From: a virus | Taxonomy: Duplodnaviria > Caudoviricetes | IMG/VR virus record: IMGVR_UViG_3300025909_000005 | Strand: one strand, 5' to 3' | Length of the DNA stretch: 64,000 nucleotides | Shown here: one piece after another, positions 10,201-20,300 of the stretch | Position numbering within the stretch: position 1 is the first letter of the stretch | Layout: every line of letters begins with the position of its first letter | The notes under the pieces: generated by a model | What the model was told of the DNA's origin: nothing | Databases searched by the model: none | Seen by the model: the letters and a program-made list of their open reading frames with translations, nothing else | Translations under genes and position numbers: made by a program

Positions 10201-13200
10201 TCACCGTACTGAGCGACCTTGTAGGCCCAGTACTCGTCGATCTTCGCGTCGTCGAAGCGGTCGTTGTTCAGGTACGCGTCGATGGACATGTTCGTGCCCT
10301 TCGACTGGATCAGACCACGCCAGAAGTTGAACTGCGTCTTCTCCGAGATGTCGAGGTTGTCGAAGTACGACTTCGTGTTGAAGCCGAGGAGAGCAAGGGC
10401 GTGACGCGACGTCGTCTCATTCTCAAACGCCTTGTTCGCGTCGTAGAAGTTGCCGAAGTTGTCAGCGCTGGCCTGCATGTTCTGCTTGACCTCGTTGCCG
10501 ACCAAGAAGTGGCCGCCAAACTCTGGACGCAGCGTGTTCGTGGCCTGCTTGCGGCCGTGGAACTTGTACGTCACGACGCGAGAACCTGAGAAGGCGTCAT
10601 AGAGCAGGCCAGAGCTGGTCGATGGTTGTGCGTAGTCAGCGAAGATGAAGACGTGTTCGAACTCATCCACCTGCACGTGAGCCGAGAAGATTGGGCCCGC
10701 TGCACCAACCGAGGATTCCTGGTTGCCACGCAGCACCTTGAGGTCGTCCTTCTTGTACTTGACGCCAAGCACGTCGAAGATTCCCGGGTGACCAGACACG
10801 TCAAACAGCGGGCTGTCTACGAACTCAGACATCAGGCCCGTCTCCTGACCGAACCAGACGCGGTCCATGAAGGAGTTCACAACGTGGCCTTGACCGAGAG
10901 TGATGCCTGCGTAGCAGCGGTCAACAAACTTCTCAATCTCAAGCTGGAAGGTGCGGGTCCGACCAGTCTCGTCATCGATGTTGTAGTCACCCATCTTGTT
11001 GAACTCCCAACCCTGGTCTTCGAGGTAGGCCTCGTAACCGAACAGGAAGTTCACGACGTTCTGGATACCGGTGATCGTGAGCGGTAGGTTCGTGTGAACT
11101 GTGCCGGTCTTGACGGTTGGGTGGAGCCAGGCCAGTGAAGTGTGGGCCTTGCCCAGCGCGTAGAAGTCAACTGGATCGGTGGCCGTCGACATCGAGTAGT
11201 ACGTGATACCGAGGTGGCGTGGGTTGTAACCTTCCACGCGAAAGATCCAATCAGAGCCATCTGTTGGAGGAACGAACGTGCCGTCCGGACCAGCGCTCGT
11301 CTGACCGAACTGGGTTACCGAGATGCGGAGGCCCTGCAGCCACTCGTTGCGGGCAATCGGGTTCTTCTTGAAGATGAGCTCGTAGGCCGACTTCGAGAGG
11401 GTGTAGGAGTCGGTGAAGATCTCAAGGTCGTCAGTTGCCACGAGACCACCAGCACGGTAGCCCATGTTGACGTCCCACTCACGGAACGCTGCAACTGCGA
11501 AGCTCGAGGTCGTGTCGATCGAGACCTCACGCAGGGCGTGCGTGAACGTCTGACCGAAACCGAGGTAGCGGTACGTGGTGATTGGCACGAAGGTGGCAAC
11601 ACCGTTAGAGATCTCGAAGCGGTCACCCATGCGGAACGGCTGACCTTCGTCTTCAATCGTGAACGTGACGCCGCCTAGAGTTGCAGCCACACCGTTTTGA
11701 GCGTAGCCGATAGTGACACCGTTCTGAGTCACCGTGAAGTTCTGCTTGTGGTCGTCATCGTACGCGGTGTACGTGGCAACGATCGAGTCAGTTCCAGTGA
11801 CAGGCATGGTTGAGCGGCTGATCAGGCTAATCGCATCGCCGTGCAGGCGGAAGCGCTTGTGACCTGGCATGTTCATGTCGAAGCCGTCGTACAGGATACC
11901 GTCAGCCTCTACCCAGTTGAAGCCCCAGCAGAAGCCGAGGAACGCTAGTGGGTCAAAGCGGAACAGCGCGCGTGCCAGAGAGTAGCCATACTCGAGCGAC
12001 GTCTTCCAGGTCGTCTCAATTGGAGACGACTGGCCGTAGGAGTAACCAAGAGACGCGCCGATTGGAATGAAGTTCGTCAGCGCGTTGCCTGCATTTCCAG
12101 ACGATGGTCGAACGTACGGTGGCAAGAGACCATCGTTGGCCACGTCAACGCTGAGCTTCAGGCTTGGGTGTGCAGCTTGAACGTCGGCCCACAGTTGGCT
12201 CGACCAGATACGGGCCTGCTTGAAGATGACTGGATCGGTTGGGCCAGCAGTTGCAGTGAGCACCCACTTCGAACCCTTCCAAAGGGCGCCAGACGAGACA
12301 GTGACTACGAGCTTCTCAACGAGTGGTGTCAGGTTGCGGGTCCAGCCACCACTGTTCGCTGCCCAAATGCCGTTGTTCTCAGGAGACATCTCGTTCTGCA
12401 GGAGAACGAGGTCACCAGACACGAGCTGCACGCCGTCAATCACAGGCAGGCCGCTCAGCATGGTGATGCCAGCGTCGGTCTTCACGACTCGAACTGTTGG
12501 ACCCGTGATGTACGTTGCGTCGATCTGATCAAGGCGAATGTATGGAGTGTAGGCCGCCTGGGTGCCAGACGACAAGGAAGACCACCATGAATCATGATCA
12601 GCAAAGCCGAACAGCTTCCACGGTTCCATGTCTGGCCGCGGTGTTGGAATGACACCAGCCACCGTGGCTTGGTGTGCCATGAGGTAGTTGAACCAGCGGG
12701 CAGGAGTCGAGGACGTGTTGATTGGAACTGGACTCGTCAGCTGTGAGTAGTTCCACGTGAACGCGTTGCCAGCGTTGTAGTCAGGCGCCAGTGGGTCAAG
12801 ACCGTTCGTGGCACCAAACGAGAAGAGCTCAGCCTCAACCTCTGCCTGGAAGGCAGCGTTGCCCTCAAGCTGGCTGAAGTCAAACTTGCGGGCGTTAGGA
12901 TTGATGCCGTCGAAGAGCTTCTCCTCAACGCGAAGCATGAGCGAGTTCAGCACGTCAGCGAGGTTCGTCGCAACCCAAGGCGCGTTGATGTTCGAGACAG
13001 TGGACCAGGTGGTGCCAGTCCAGGTGAAGAGTGTCGCCGTGCTGCGCTGCAGCCAGTAGTCACCAACCGCAGGGCTCGTAGGTGCGTTCTTGTCCGACAC
13101 CACGTTGTAGGCGTACATGATGTCGCCTGGTGGGATCCACAGCTGGCCCTTGTACGGCAAAGCAGGAGGAGTGTTCGTGAACGAACCGACGGCACCAGTG

Positions 13201-15773
13201 TAGATGCCATCCGAACGTAGGATCTGGAGTGAGGTGAGGTTGCCCAGAATCGACTGGCGGAACTCATCGCTGTCCACAACCAGCGGCGACTCATGACCGT
13301 CATGGTGGACAAGCACAAGCTGGTTCAAGACGCCATCGAGACGGATCGTCGGCTGCACGAGGTCGAGAATGCCAAGCTGTGGCAGCGTGGCTGGGAAGCC
13401 CACGACCGAGGCAGTCGAGTCGTAGAGAACCGTTCGAACGTCATTGTCAGCAGCACGCACCGACTCCACGTACGCGAGCAGGGCGTCAAGGTCGTTGATG
13501 TCCGTCACTGGACCGTTGTTGGCCATGTACTGGACGATGTGCTGCTGGTAGATGTCACGGACCGTGTTCAGCGCGACCTCGTACTGACGTTCGGCAAGGT
13601 CGATCATCGAGATCGGGGTCATGTCACGCTGCATCAGCAGGGAGGCGAGCAGGGTCTGCTGCTCAGACCAGAGCTTGATCGAACCACCGAACGCGAGGTT
13701 CAGCTGGCTGTTTGGAAGCTGGTTCTGGAGGATGCCGCGGAAGTGGGAGTACAGCGTGCCTTCCAGGAGAGGAGACTGGGACTCGTTGTATGGGTTGTTG
13801 TAGAACGTGCGCGGAACCTGCCATGCACCGACGCTGTTCGTGTCAGCTTCTGGACCACCGTAGAAGTCCACGATGTTGTTGTCAGCATCGCGGAAGACGT
13901 AGCGTGGCGATTCAAGGTTGCCGACGGCGATCAGGAACGTGTCGCCTGGCGTGAATGGAATCGAGCCTGCGTTGATCGTGAACGAGATGTAGCCGTTGTT
14001 GAATGGTACGCCAACTGTAGCGATGTCGGGAACGTCAGGCATCTTAGAGCCCTGCATGCTGAACGTCGTTGACGTCTGTGCAGTGAGGGTCCAGATCTGC
14101 TGCTGTGAGAAGTTGATCGCGGCAGCGTTCGTGATCGTGCCGTTGCCAGCTCCACCGTAGTAGATCCCAGCAATCGTCGGAGAATTGTAGCCAGCGTGCC
14201 AGATCGTCTTGAGCTGGTTGCCTGCCTTGACAAACAGGAGCTGGCCATTGGCATCAGCCATGCCGTGATTGAACACGAAGTCAGCAGAGTCGTTGTTCGA
14301 CTGGAGTGGACGCTTCTGCAGGTCGATGTCAAGGGTTGCAGTTGGGTCTTCCTCGTAGAAGAAGACCGAGCTCACGAGACCAGAGTGGGTGCCATCGTAG
14401 CGGAAGAGGTCAAACATCGGAAGCTGGTTGAATTCCGTCTTGACTTGCTTGAACGCAGCACCACTGTCCGAAGGACGGCCGTTTTTGACGAAGCCATTCA
14501 ACTGCAGGTCAGAGGTGTACTCGATGATTGGACGGACGGCCTGGATGGTCGTCGAGCGGCTCAGGCCAAGACCAGCGAGGTCGTCGCCATGGACCCAGTA
14601 GTTGCCTTCCTGCCAGGAGTTCGTGTTAGAAAGGGATGGCACGCCTGTCCAGCCCGTACCACCGAAGGCAGAGGTGAAGAGCATGCCACCGTTTTGGGTA
14701 CCAGAGGTCACGTAGACTCGAGCGCCATCGGCGATGTAGGAACCAGTGTAGTCAGCGGCTCGGGCCCAGACGCCAGGTGCCACGACGTAGATGCCCGTGT
14801 CGGCTGGATTGCCGTCCTTCACGAGAACACGGTCACCAAGCTGGAGCTGCACACCGTCGATCGTCTGGTACTCGTTTAGCGACGAGACCTTGTAGAGCTT
14901 GCCCTTGACACCCTCAGTGCCGACGAACGACACGATGTAGTTGTGGGACAGGAAGGTCGGTGTAACCGTGAAGTAGTCGCCAGCGTCGAACGAGGCGGTG
15001 CCGATGACGTCACCGTTGTAGTTGATGATCGGTTCACGGGCAATGTTGAACGTGAGCAGGGTCTTGCCGCTAGACGCGAATGAGAACTGGTCGTCGTTTG
15101 TCGTGAGGTCACCGCTCCAGGTATCTGGAATGACGCCAGCTGGCTGGGGCGTAACCGTGAAGTGGGTAGGTGTGGTGAACAGCACCTTGAACGACATGGC
15201 TGGGAAGCCCGTGCCGGTCATGACAATCGAGCCCGTCGTGGCCACACGGGCGTTCAGCTTGTTCTGGTCGCCTGGACGTGGTGTCGCAATCGTGTAATAC
15301 TCTGGCAGGAGCTCAGGGTTCCAAGGCATGTCAGGGGTTGCAGCAACCGCCTTGGCCGTCCAGTAGTAGTTGAAGAAGTTCGTGAACTTGTCGAAGTCGA
15401 TCGGTGGGGCGAAGTTGTTGCCCTGCGAGTAAAGCCACTGCTGACCTGCGTCAGTGATGCCGATAGCCTCAGCCTTGCGCACGAGATCCTCAACGGTGAA
15501 GGCGAACTTCTCGGTACCGAGGGTGAACGAGATGACAGGGACGATCGAGTTGATGTCGCGCTCAACGTTCATCTGCGGGACGCGTGGCGAACGATCATCC
15601 TTGCTGGTTGGCTTGACACCAACGTAGCCGTAGAGCGGCACGCTCTCGTCATGAGTCATCTGCCGATTGAACAGGTTGTCGATCAGCGAGGTGATGACCT
15701 CGTCCCTCAGGTTCAGAGGAACGTAGTTGATGAGGTCATTGAAGGGAAGTTTGAAGTCTGGTGCTTGAGCCAT
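7230..15773 (-). CDS. Giant virion structural protein, probable baseplate wedge (T4 gp7-like role) (2847 aa)
   Basis: Uninterrupted 8.5-kb ORF with a late promoter upstream. Two copies of the IDGVQL..GD.VL.....NGI.....G.W tail motif. Follows the gp6-like gene. Confidence 0.65.
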   Translation of the reverse strand: MAQAPDFKLPFNDLINYVPLNLRDEVITSLIDNLFNRQMTHDESVPLYGYVGVKPTSKDDRSPRVPQMNVERDINSIVPVISFTLGTEKFAFTVEDLVRKAEAIGITDAGQQWLYSQGNNFAPPIDFDKFTNFFNYYWTAKAVAATPDMPWNPELLPEYYTIATPRPGDQNKLNARVATTGSIVMTGTGFPAMSFKVLFTTPTHFTVTPQPAGVIPDTWSGDLTTNDDQFSFASSGKTLLTFNIAREPIINYNGDVIGTASFDAGDYFTVTPTFLSHNYIVSFVGTEGVKGKLYKVSSLNEYQTIDGVQLQLGDRVLVKDGNPADTGIYVVAPGVWARAADYTGSYIADGARVYVTSGTQNGGMLFTSAFGGTGWTGVPSLSNTNSWQEGNYWVHGDDLAGLGLSRSTTIQAVRPIIEYTSDLQLNGFVKNGRPSDSGAAFKQVKTEFNQLPMFDLFRYDGTHSGLVSSVFFYEEDPTATLDIDLQKRPLQSNNDSADFVFNHGMADANGQLLFVKAGNQLKTIWHAGYNSPTIAGIYYGGAGNGTITNAAAINFSQQQIWTLTAQTSTTFSMQGSKMPDVPDIATVGVPFNNGYISFTINAGSIPFTPGDTFLIAVGNLESPRYVFRDADNNIVDFYGGPEADTNSVGAWQVPRTFYNNPYNESQSPLLEGTLYSHFRGILQNQLPNSQLNLAFGGSIKLWSEQQTLLASLLMQRDMTPISMIDLAERQYEVALNTVRDIYQQHIVQYMANNGPVTDINDLDALLAYVESVRAADNDVRTVLYDSTASVVGFPATLPQLGILDLVQPTIRLDGVLNQLVLVHHDGHESPLVVDSDEFRQSILGNLTSLQILRSDGIYTGAVGSFTNTPPALPYKGQLWIPPGDIMYAYNVVSDKNAPTSPAVGDYWLQRSTATLFTWTGTTWSTVSNINAPWVATNLADVLNSLMLRVEEKLFDGINPNARKFDFSQLEGNAAFQAEVEAELFSFGATNGLDPLAPDYNAGNAFTWNYSQLTSPVPINTSSTPARWFNYLMAHQATVAGVIPTPRPDMEPWKLFGFADHDSWWSSLSSGTQAAYTPYIRLDQIDATYITGPTVRVVKTDAGITMLSGLPVIDGVQLVSGDLVLLQNEMSPENNGIWAANSGGWTRNLTPLVEKLVVTVSSGALWKGSKWVLTATAGPTDPVIFKQARIWSSQLWADVQAAHPSLKLSVDVANDGLLPPYVRPSSGNAGNALTNFIPIGASLGYSYGQSSPIETTWKTSLEYGYSLARALFRFDPLAFLGFCWGFNWVEADGILYDGFDMNMPGHKRFRLHGDAISLISRSTMPVTGTDSIVATYTAYDDDHKQNFTVTQNGVTIGYAQNGVAATLGGVTFTIEDEGQPFRMGDRFEISNGVATFVPITTYRYLGFGQTFTHALREVSIDTTSSFAVAAFREWDVNMGYRAGGLVATDDLEIFTDSYTLSKSAYELIFKKNPIARNEWLQGLRISVTQFGQTSAGPDGTFVPPTDGSDWIFRVEGYNPRHLGITYYSMSTATDPVDFYALGKAHTSLAWLHPTVKTGTVHTNLPLTITGIQNVVNFLFGYEAYLEDQGWEFNKMGDYNIDDETGRTRTFQLEIEKFVDRCYAGITLGQGHVVNSFMDRVWFGQETGLMSEFVDSPLFDVSGHPGIFDVLGVKYKKDDLKVLRGNQESSVGAAGPIFSAHVQVDEFEHVFIFADYAQPSTSSGLLYDAFSGSRVVTYKFHGRKQATNTLRPEFGGHFLVGNEVKQNMQASADNFGNFYDANKAFENETTSRHALALLGFNTKSYFDNLDISEKTQFNFWRGLIQSKGTNMSIDAYLNNDRFDDAKIDEYWAYKVAQYGDARQKSFPELKLSVNDTVTQFTQLQFDNDTLAPAFTTIRNYDENRWFSYDDLNQPSTGFAAEVVGTFAAVGPGTITLPFIADQLTYPAGVTVNNATTVTIDSSATFPALIVGYGPARPRFNPVKLFNYVDEELVAEIPIWHPATGQHTPAALECINITSNLNPAKYNFSTQVVNNNSYDPLRPWGANEVGRVWFDTRNLAYVPYYDYVIYPEIADRLSRWGALADYASIDVYEWVESTVPPSEYNALAATQAGDASLDPNTKAAGTVANQQTYQRERVWSLRPVAWSYSPVPLNIDFEETPPFNGGHTLEAAGRLWFDDSGTTVSLGASDFATIGITSGMRIGAWNVFNAIPKPMSEYIVGDVFSKVLVDQNGGTFADVTNVGIASNISVAVSNTNLLTGQLAFYPTYDQAPILDADGVTTSYYTTVGIKAQLEDGSTDFATTTTSTDLTTTPAQVTYTAGEKILVELPAFGILITVTIAADGTYNVTDLRDAIVNGLAANLYARNSVTIQAVVPNPAGVTSPLSNDSADPGTFYGWRAWTVPTQAELDADGTYPTSSWKPYVGDYVEIPGSLVQVQDAIAYSKAPLTLNDGTIVDRYSTTWTDWSVLLDKKRTYPKLDDDISYTVVADGAGCTFTNDVNFDSTSTSVYINGVAQLKASYTISGKLLTVNSVPAGSQVVVITRKYQPTVAELAFDPDVKDNLAVQTQYKQDYEYVSLPVRDADGTFSSTLYYFWVSNKSTAARGKALSVQSIVQELRDGPDNFLTFQNMDPVTHVYDAITIAGLSYVVTKDDTFKLRFTRNFTLRDDPEEWNLKNVHTEWTLIRPGQKTLIPEALWQKLTDSVAGRDIAGNSVPAIARSLYDERNGTRTQFGFGPEQTLAPQDLLISSITYTILNTSLVDTSGASPVPDYISFLDFDQSDTWFADPVAARNMMTKIWTQAKVAQVNEIFFAALNDIVASNYELTDLFKTSRLSAYSIKVVQSGTAAATYE

Positions 15774-15798
15774 GTCAATCGCTGATCAGAGGATCAGG

Positions 15799-15804
15799 TA
15801 TTTA
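15799..15804 (-). promoter_or_regulatory. Late promoter core TAAATA
   Basis: Intergenic, upstream of the 2847-aa gene. Confidence 0.75.
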
Positions 15805-15835
15805 TGACCTAGCAGGTTTCCCCTCGGGGTGACTT

Positions 15836-17059
15836 TCAGGACTTGACTGGCTCGAAGTTCGCAAGGAACTTCGCATCGCCGACCTCAAACTTGGCGCCCT
15901 TAGTTGTCGCCTTCTTATCGAAGTAGGTGAACGGCTCATCGAATGTAAAGCCAATCCAATAAGAGCTTAGCGAGGATGTTGGGTCGACGTACTTGATCGT
16001 CACGACCTTGCCAATGGCGTTCTCTTTTTCCGTCTTGAAGCCAAGCATGTCATCCACAGGATGGTGTAGGAACACGTCACCTGTGATCTTCCACTTCTGA
16101 CCTACCTTTGGCGCCTCGTCCTTTAGCTTCGAGAGAACGCCCTCAGTAACTGGCTTTGCCTGGCCTCTCATCCACTTTGCGCCATCTTCTTCAAGGTACT
16201 CACCAAGTTTCTCAAGGTTTTCCAGAGAGCCAGTGAACGTTACAAGAGGGTAGCCGTGTTTGTCCCTGCTCGTGTGGTCTACATGAGCTTCGAGATTGTA
16301 CTCACGGGCCAGGCGATTGACGGTCTTTTCGATTCTATCGTGGTCATATCGACCGTAATCTTCTGGTCGTTGATTCGTCTGGAAGTTGAATGGGCTGAAG
16401 TTTCTAGTTTCGAACTTCCACTTGACAACCTTGTCGTAATCCTTCTTAAGGTCCTTTAGACCTTCCTTCACCTTGTTGGCCCGCTTGGCGTGCTTCCTGA
16501 AGTAGCGCTTTGCTGCCTGGGAATCCTCATCATAGTAGACGTACTCAAGTACGTCGATCAGAGCATTGTAGGTTCCCATCAACGTGAAGACGTTGCCGTT
16601 TCGATGAATGGACCGAGCACCCCAGATCTTGAACTCCTCTTCGATGTCATTGAGGTCGTAGGACGTGAAGTCAATGTCCATGAGCCACAGGTCATCATCT
16701 GAGTCGAAGTCCTTGGCCAAGTCCTTGAGCGCTTCCTGCACCTTCTTTTTCTTGACGCGCTTTGCGCCAGACTTGAAGTTGTACTCAGCTTGCCAAGCGC
16801 GTTCACCATCATCCACTACGTGGAGGAGTACGTCCATCAACCGTTCCTTGGTTCCCTCAAGCTCGTACCTGTAGCCATTGTGAGACAGCACAACGACGCC
16901 GCGCTTCTCAATCGCCTTCACGAACTTATCTTCGTTGGCCTTGTGCTTCTCGTCGTCAGCCGTGCGATCGTCATTGATGACAGCGATTCGCCACTTGTCG
17001 GCGTCATCGTAGTCCTTGGCCATGTCCTTCAGACCTTCAAGAAGTTCGGCAACTTTCAT
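15836..17059 (-). CDS. Four-module putative internal head polyprotein (407 aa)
   Basis: Leader MKVAELLE-GLKDMAKDYD recurs internally as VQE-ALKDLAKDFD, VKE-GLKDLKKDYD and VTE-GVLSKLKDE. Confidence 0.65.
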   Translation of the reverse strand: MKVAELLEGLKDMAKDYDDADKWRIAVINDDRTADDEKHKANEDKFVKAIEKRGVVVLSHNGYRYELEGTKERLMDVLLHVVDDGERAWQAEYNFKSGAKRVKKKKVQEALKDLAKDFDSDDDLWLMDIDFTSYDLNDIEEEFKIWGARSIHRNGNVFTLMGTYNALIDVLEYVYYDEDSQAAKRYFRKHAKRANKVKEGLKDLKKDYDKVVKWKFETRNFSPFNFQTNQRPEDYGRYDHDRIEKTVNRLAREYNLEAHVDHTSRDKHGYPLVTFTGSLENLEKLGEYLEEDGAKWMRGQAKPVTEGVLSKLKDEAPKVGQKWKITGDVFLHHPVDDMLGFKTEKENAIGKVVTIKYVDPTSSLSSYWIGFTFDEPFTYFDKKATTKGAKFEVGDAKFLANFEPVKS

Positions 17060-17394
17060 TTGATCAGCTGCTTGTCTGAGGTTACAGGCTTGGCGAATTC
17101 GTCAAAGAACTCCTTGTCTTCACCCCAGTGACGTTCGACCATGTCTAGCAGACGATAGTCCTTACCAACGAAGTGAACAAGCGGATTGCCGCCGCCCGGC
17201 CCAACGAGCTCAATCACCTTGGCCTTCACGCCACAGTCATTTGCAATGATGTCAGCGTCATGCTGCGCTACGCTCATGCTCGAGTTGTCGCTGTTCGCCA
17301 GGTCAAGGTCGATGTACCAAAGATCTCCGTACTTCCTGGCTTCGCTCTCAAGATCCTTGAGCTTACCTTCGAGGAACTGCTTGAACGTGATCAT
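17056..17394 (-). CDS. Small acidic protein with T4-IP-like leader MITFKQFLE (112 aa)
   Basis: Leader resembles the T4 internal-protein capsid-targeting sequence. GPGGGNPLVHFVG motif is shared with the 52876 ORF. Confidence 0.65.
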   Translation of the reverse strand: MITFKQFLEGKLKDLESEARKYGDLWYIDLDLANSDNSSMSVAQHDADIIANDCGVKAKVIELVGPGGGNPLVHFVGKDYRLLDMVERHWGEDKEFFDEFAKPVTSDKQLIK

Positions 17395-20300
17395 TTGGAT
17401 TGCCTGATGACGGTTGAAGTGAGTGCCTCGACGACGTCGATGTCAGAGATCTCTGCAGCAGATTGGAGGATCTCGTCAAAGCCGGCCTCTACGGTGAAGA
17501 GAGAACCGAACGAGTTCGTGGAGTAGACAGGGACTGGCACGACTGCAGCGACGTCTTCAGGCAGGCGCTGGTGAATCAGGGCGATGAGCTTCGTGGCGTA
17601 GAACGTGTCGCCGAAGTCCCAGTTGTCGATGTCGAAGAACGTGTTGATGACGTCGAGAACCTCTTCCTTGATGCGCTCGTCGGTCAGAGTGCCAGTCAGG
17701 GACTTCACAACCTTGAACTTGGCGCGCAGCTGTGGCTCGGCCAGACCACCAAAGAGTAGGCGGATCTTGCCAGAGTGCATGACGACCGTGTCAGAGAGCA
17801 TCTTCTTGCGAAGCAGATCGCCATAGGAGTTGCGCAGCTCGAGCGGAGTTGGAGGTGTCGGTGCGTAGACAGATGTGCCACGGACGTAGTCGATCACGTT
17901 GTTGTAGTAGCCTGAGGTCAGAACGTACGCGTCGTGAATGTTGGTTGGCGTTGGGTCGATGATGTTCGTGAACGGCGTGAAGTGCTGCCACATGAAGTCG
18001 AGACCCGTGTTGCCGCTGTCTAGAGCTGGCATGCGCTGTCGACGACCATAGACGAGTGAGTCATCAACGAAGGCGCCTGCACCCCATGTCATGCCAGCGG
18101 CGGTTGAAGCTGCAATGCCCGTCAGAGTGACAGTCGGGTTCGAGATGAGGAAGTACTCGTAGGACGGTTCAGTGCCACCCGAGAACGTCTCGTACTGCAG
18201 GAGGCGGTCAGGAACGAGGTCACCTGAGTCGTCTTCCTTGAGCAGGTCAGATGGAACGATCTGGAGCTGGTGAACGTCAAGCACACCGTCAGAGTCCTTG
18301 ACAGGACCGACGACGTCGTAGATCTGGTTCTTCTTCAGCTGAATGCCAGCTGAGTTGAAGTTCGAGCCAAGGATCTTGATGTTGTCGTAGACGACGTCCT
18401 TCGTCTCATTGTCTAGAAGCTGATCAACCGTGTTGAACCAGAAGTTCGTGTCCTCAGAACGGATCGTGAGTGCAACCTCGCGGTTGTGAACCTCGTAGCC
18501 GATGATCGTGGAGTTCTGGCGGAGCTTTCGGATGAAGATCACCCAGCTGTAGCGACGAACGGAAGGTGTGAACTTCTGGTCGTGGTACAGGGAGGAGTCA
18601 GGACCGTTGGCGAACTCAGACGTCAGGTCAGCTGCTGAGATGATTTCCCACCAGCCGTTGAGGTTGACGATGTTGTTTGGGTTGCCGTCCGAGAACAGGC
18701 GCTGCGTGACCGAACCATCTGAGTTCGTGTCAAGAATGAACGCGTCACCAGGCTGGAGTGGGTTGGTCGTTGAGGACGTGACGGTGAAGAACTCCTTAGA
18801 GCTCGTCTCACCTGGCAGCAGGATGCTGTACACGTCACCAATGGCACCAGTCGGAAATGAACCACGAAGGTTCGAGCGGACGTAGAGGGAGCCTCCATCT
18901 GCAGCGACCTCGATGGTCCAGACTTCTGCGACCGAGGTCGAGGTTGCTGGGATCGAGCTCGTGAAGCCTGAGACAGGAGTGATCGTGCCGGTACCAATGC
19001 CAGCGAAGTAGCGGTTGTAGCGGAGCGCGAAGTAGTCTTGGTCAGCGATTGGCTGGAGACCCGAGCCGATGTCGCCTGGTGGGAAGCGGTTCACGCCGTC
19101 GATCGTACGTGGCACCGTGGCCGCGTAGATCTTGGAGTCGTCCTTCGGGTTCAGGTCAGGATCCGGAATCTGAGCAAGAACTGTGCCGTCAGCGGCTTGG
19201 ACGTACTGCAGTGGCTCACCGTACCAGTGGCGGTCGATCAGGCCCTGAATGGACGTCTTCTCCTTGAGAGAGCCGTCGCCGATCAAGGTGCCAGTCGCGT
19301 CAGAGTAGATGCCGCCGCGGTTGTCCTCAATGAACTTGCGACGAGGAGCCGACACAACGCCCTGCATTCCAGGCGTGGTGGCCGAGGAGTGGAGCAGCGT
19401 ATTGATGACGCCAGAGGTGCTGAGCAGTGGCTCAATGACTGAGTCGATGAGGGCCTGGCCAGAGACAGAGGTCGTCTGGCTAGACAGAGAAAGCTGGTAC
19501 CGCATCGTGGCATCGTCACCGAAGAGCTTGACGTTCTCGTAGGTTCCAGAGGCGTCGTTCCAGTCGATGTACTTCGGCTGACCTGCAAAGGTGCGGTTGA
19601 TCGTGTTCAGGCGGAGGATCGATGGGTCCTCAAGCAGCAGCGTGTTGTAGTCCTGTCCGTTGACCATGCGGTCTTGGACGTAGAAGCTGCCAGGCATCGA
19701 CTGACGAATATGCTCGATCGTTTCAGTTGCCGAGCCATTCTGCAGGGTCGTCGTCAGGCTGAACGTCATCGAGCAGGACTCGGTGTTGTTCAGCGTGGAG
19801 GTGTACGAGAAGTTGAACGGTACGTTCTGAACCTTGTTCTTCTGGACAACGATCGAGCGGTTCGCCGACTGACGCATCCAGAACCGGAACAGGCCCTGAG
19901 GAATGTCCGAGAAGTCACCGTCACCGAAGATCAAAGTGATCTTGTCATTCTCACCCGTGTCAACTTCAAACTTCTTACGCGTGTTGCGGATCGAGTTGAA
20001 GACGAGGTTCTCAGAGAGCGTGTCAACCTGTGTCCAGCGTTCCGAGATGTTGGAGTTCGAGTCAAGCTTCTGAACCCAGATGTCCGTGTGGTTGACGTTC
20101 GTTGGGTCGAAGTCGAGGCGACGGTCAGGCAGAGCGTCAGCGATGTTGTAGTCGATGCGTGTCAGGGCACCCTGCTTCACGAAGCCAAGGAAGCCGGTGT
20201 AGTCAGAGCCATCACCGATACCGTCGTTCGCGTAGATGATCGAGAGCGGGGAGGTCAGGTCTGGTTCACGCTCGAACGGACCGTTCGAGTCGATATCAGC

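Noticed and set aside
15836-17059. Repeated ~30-nt segments as a possible CRISPR or DGR-type array
   Set aside because: The repeats are degenerate, in-frame, about 300 nt apart and protein-coding. No cas or reverse transcriptase gene is present.
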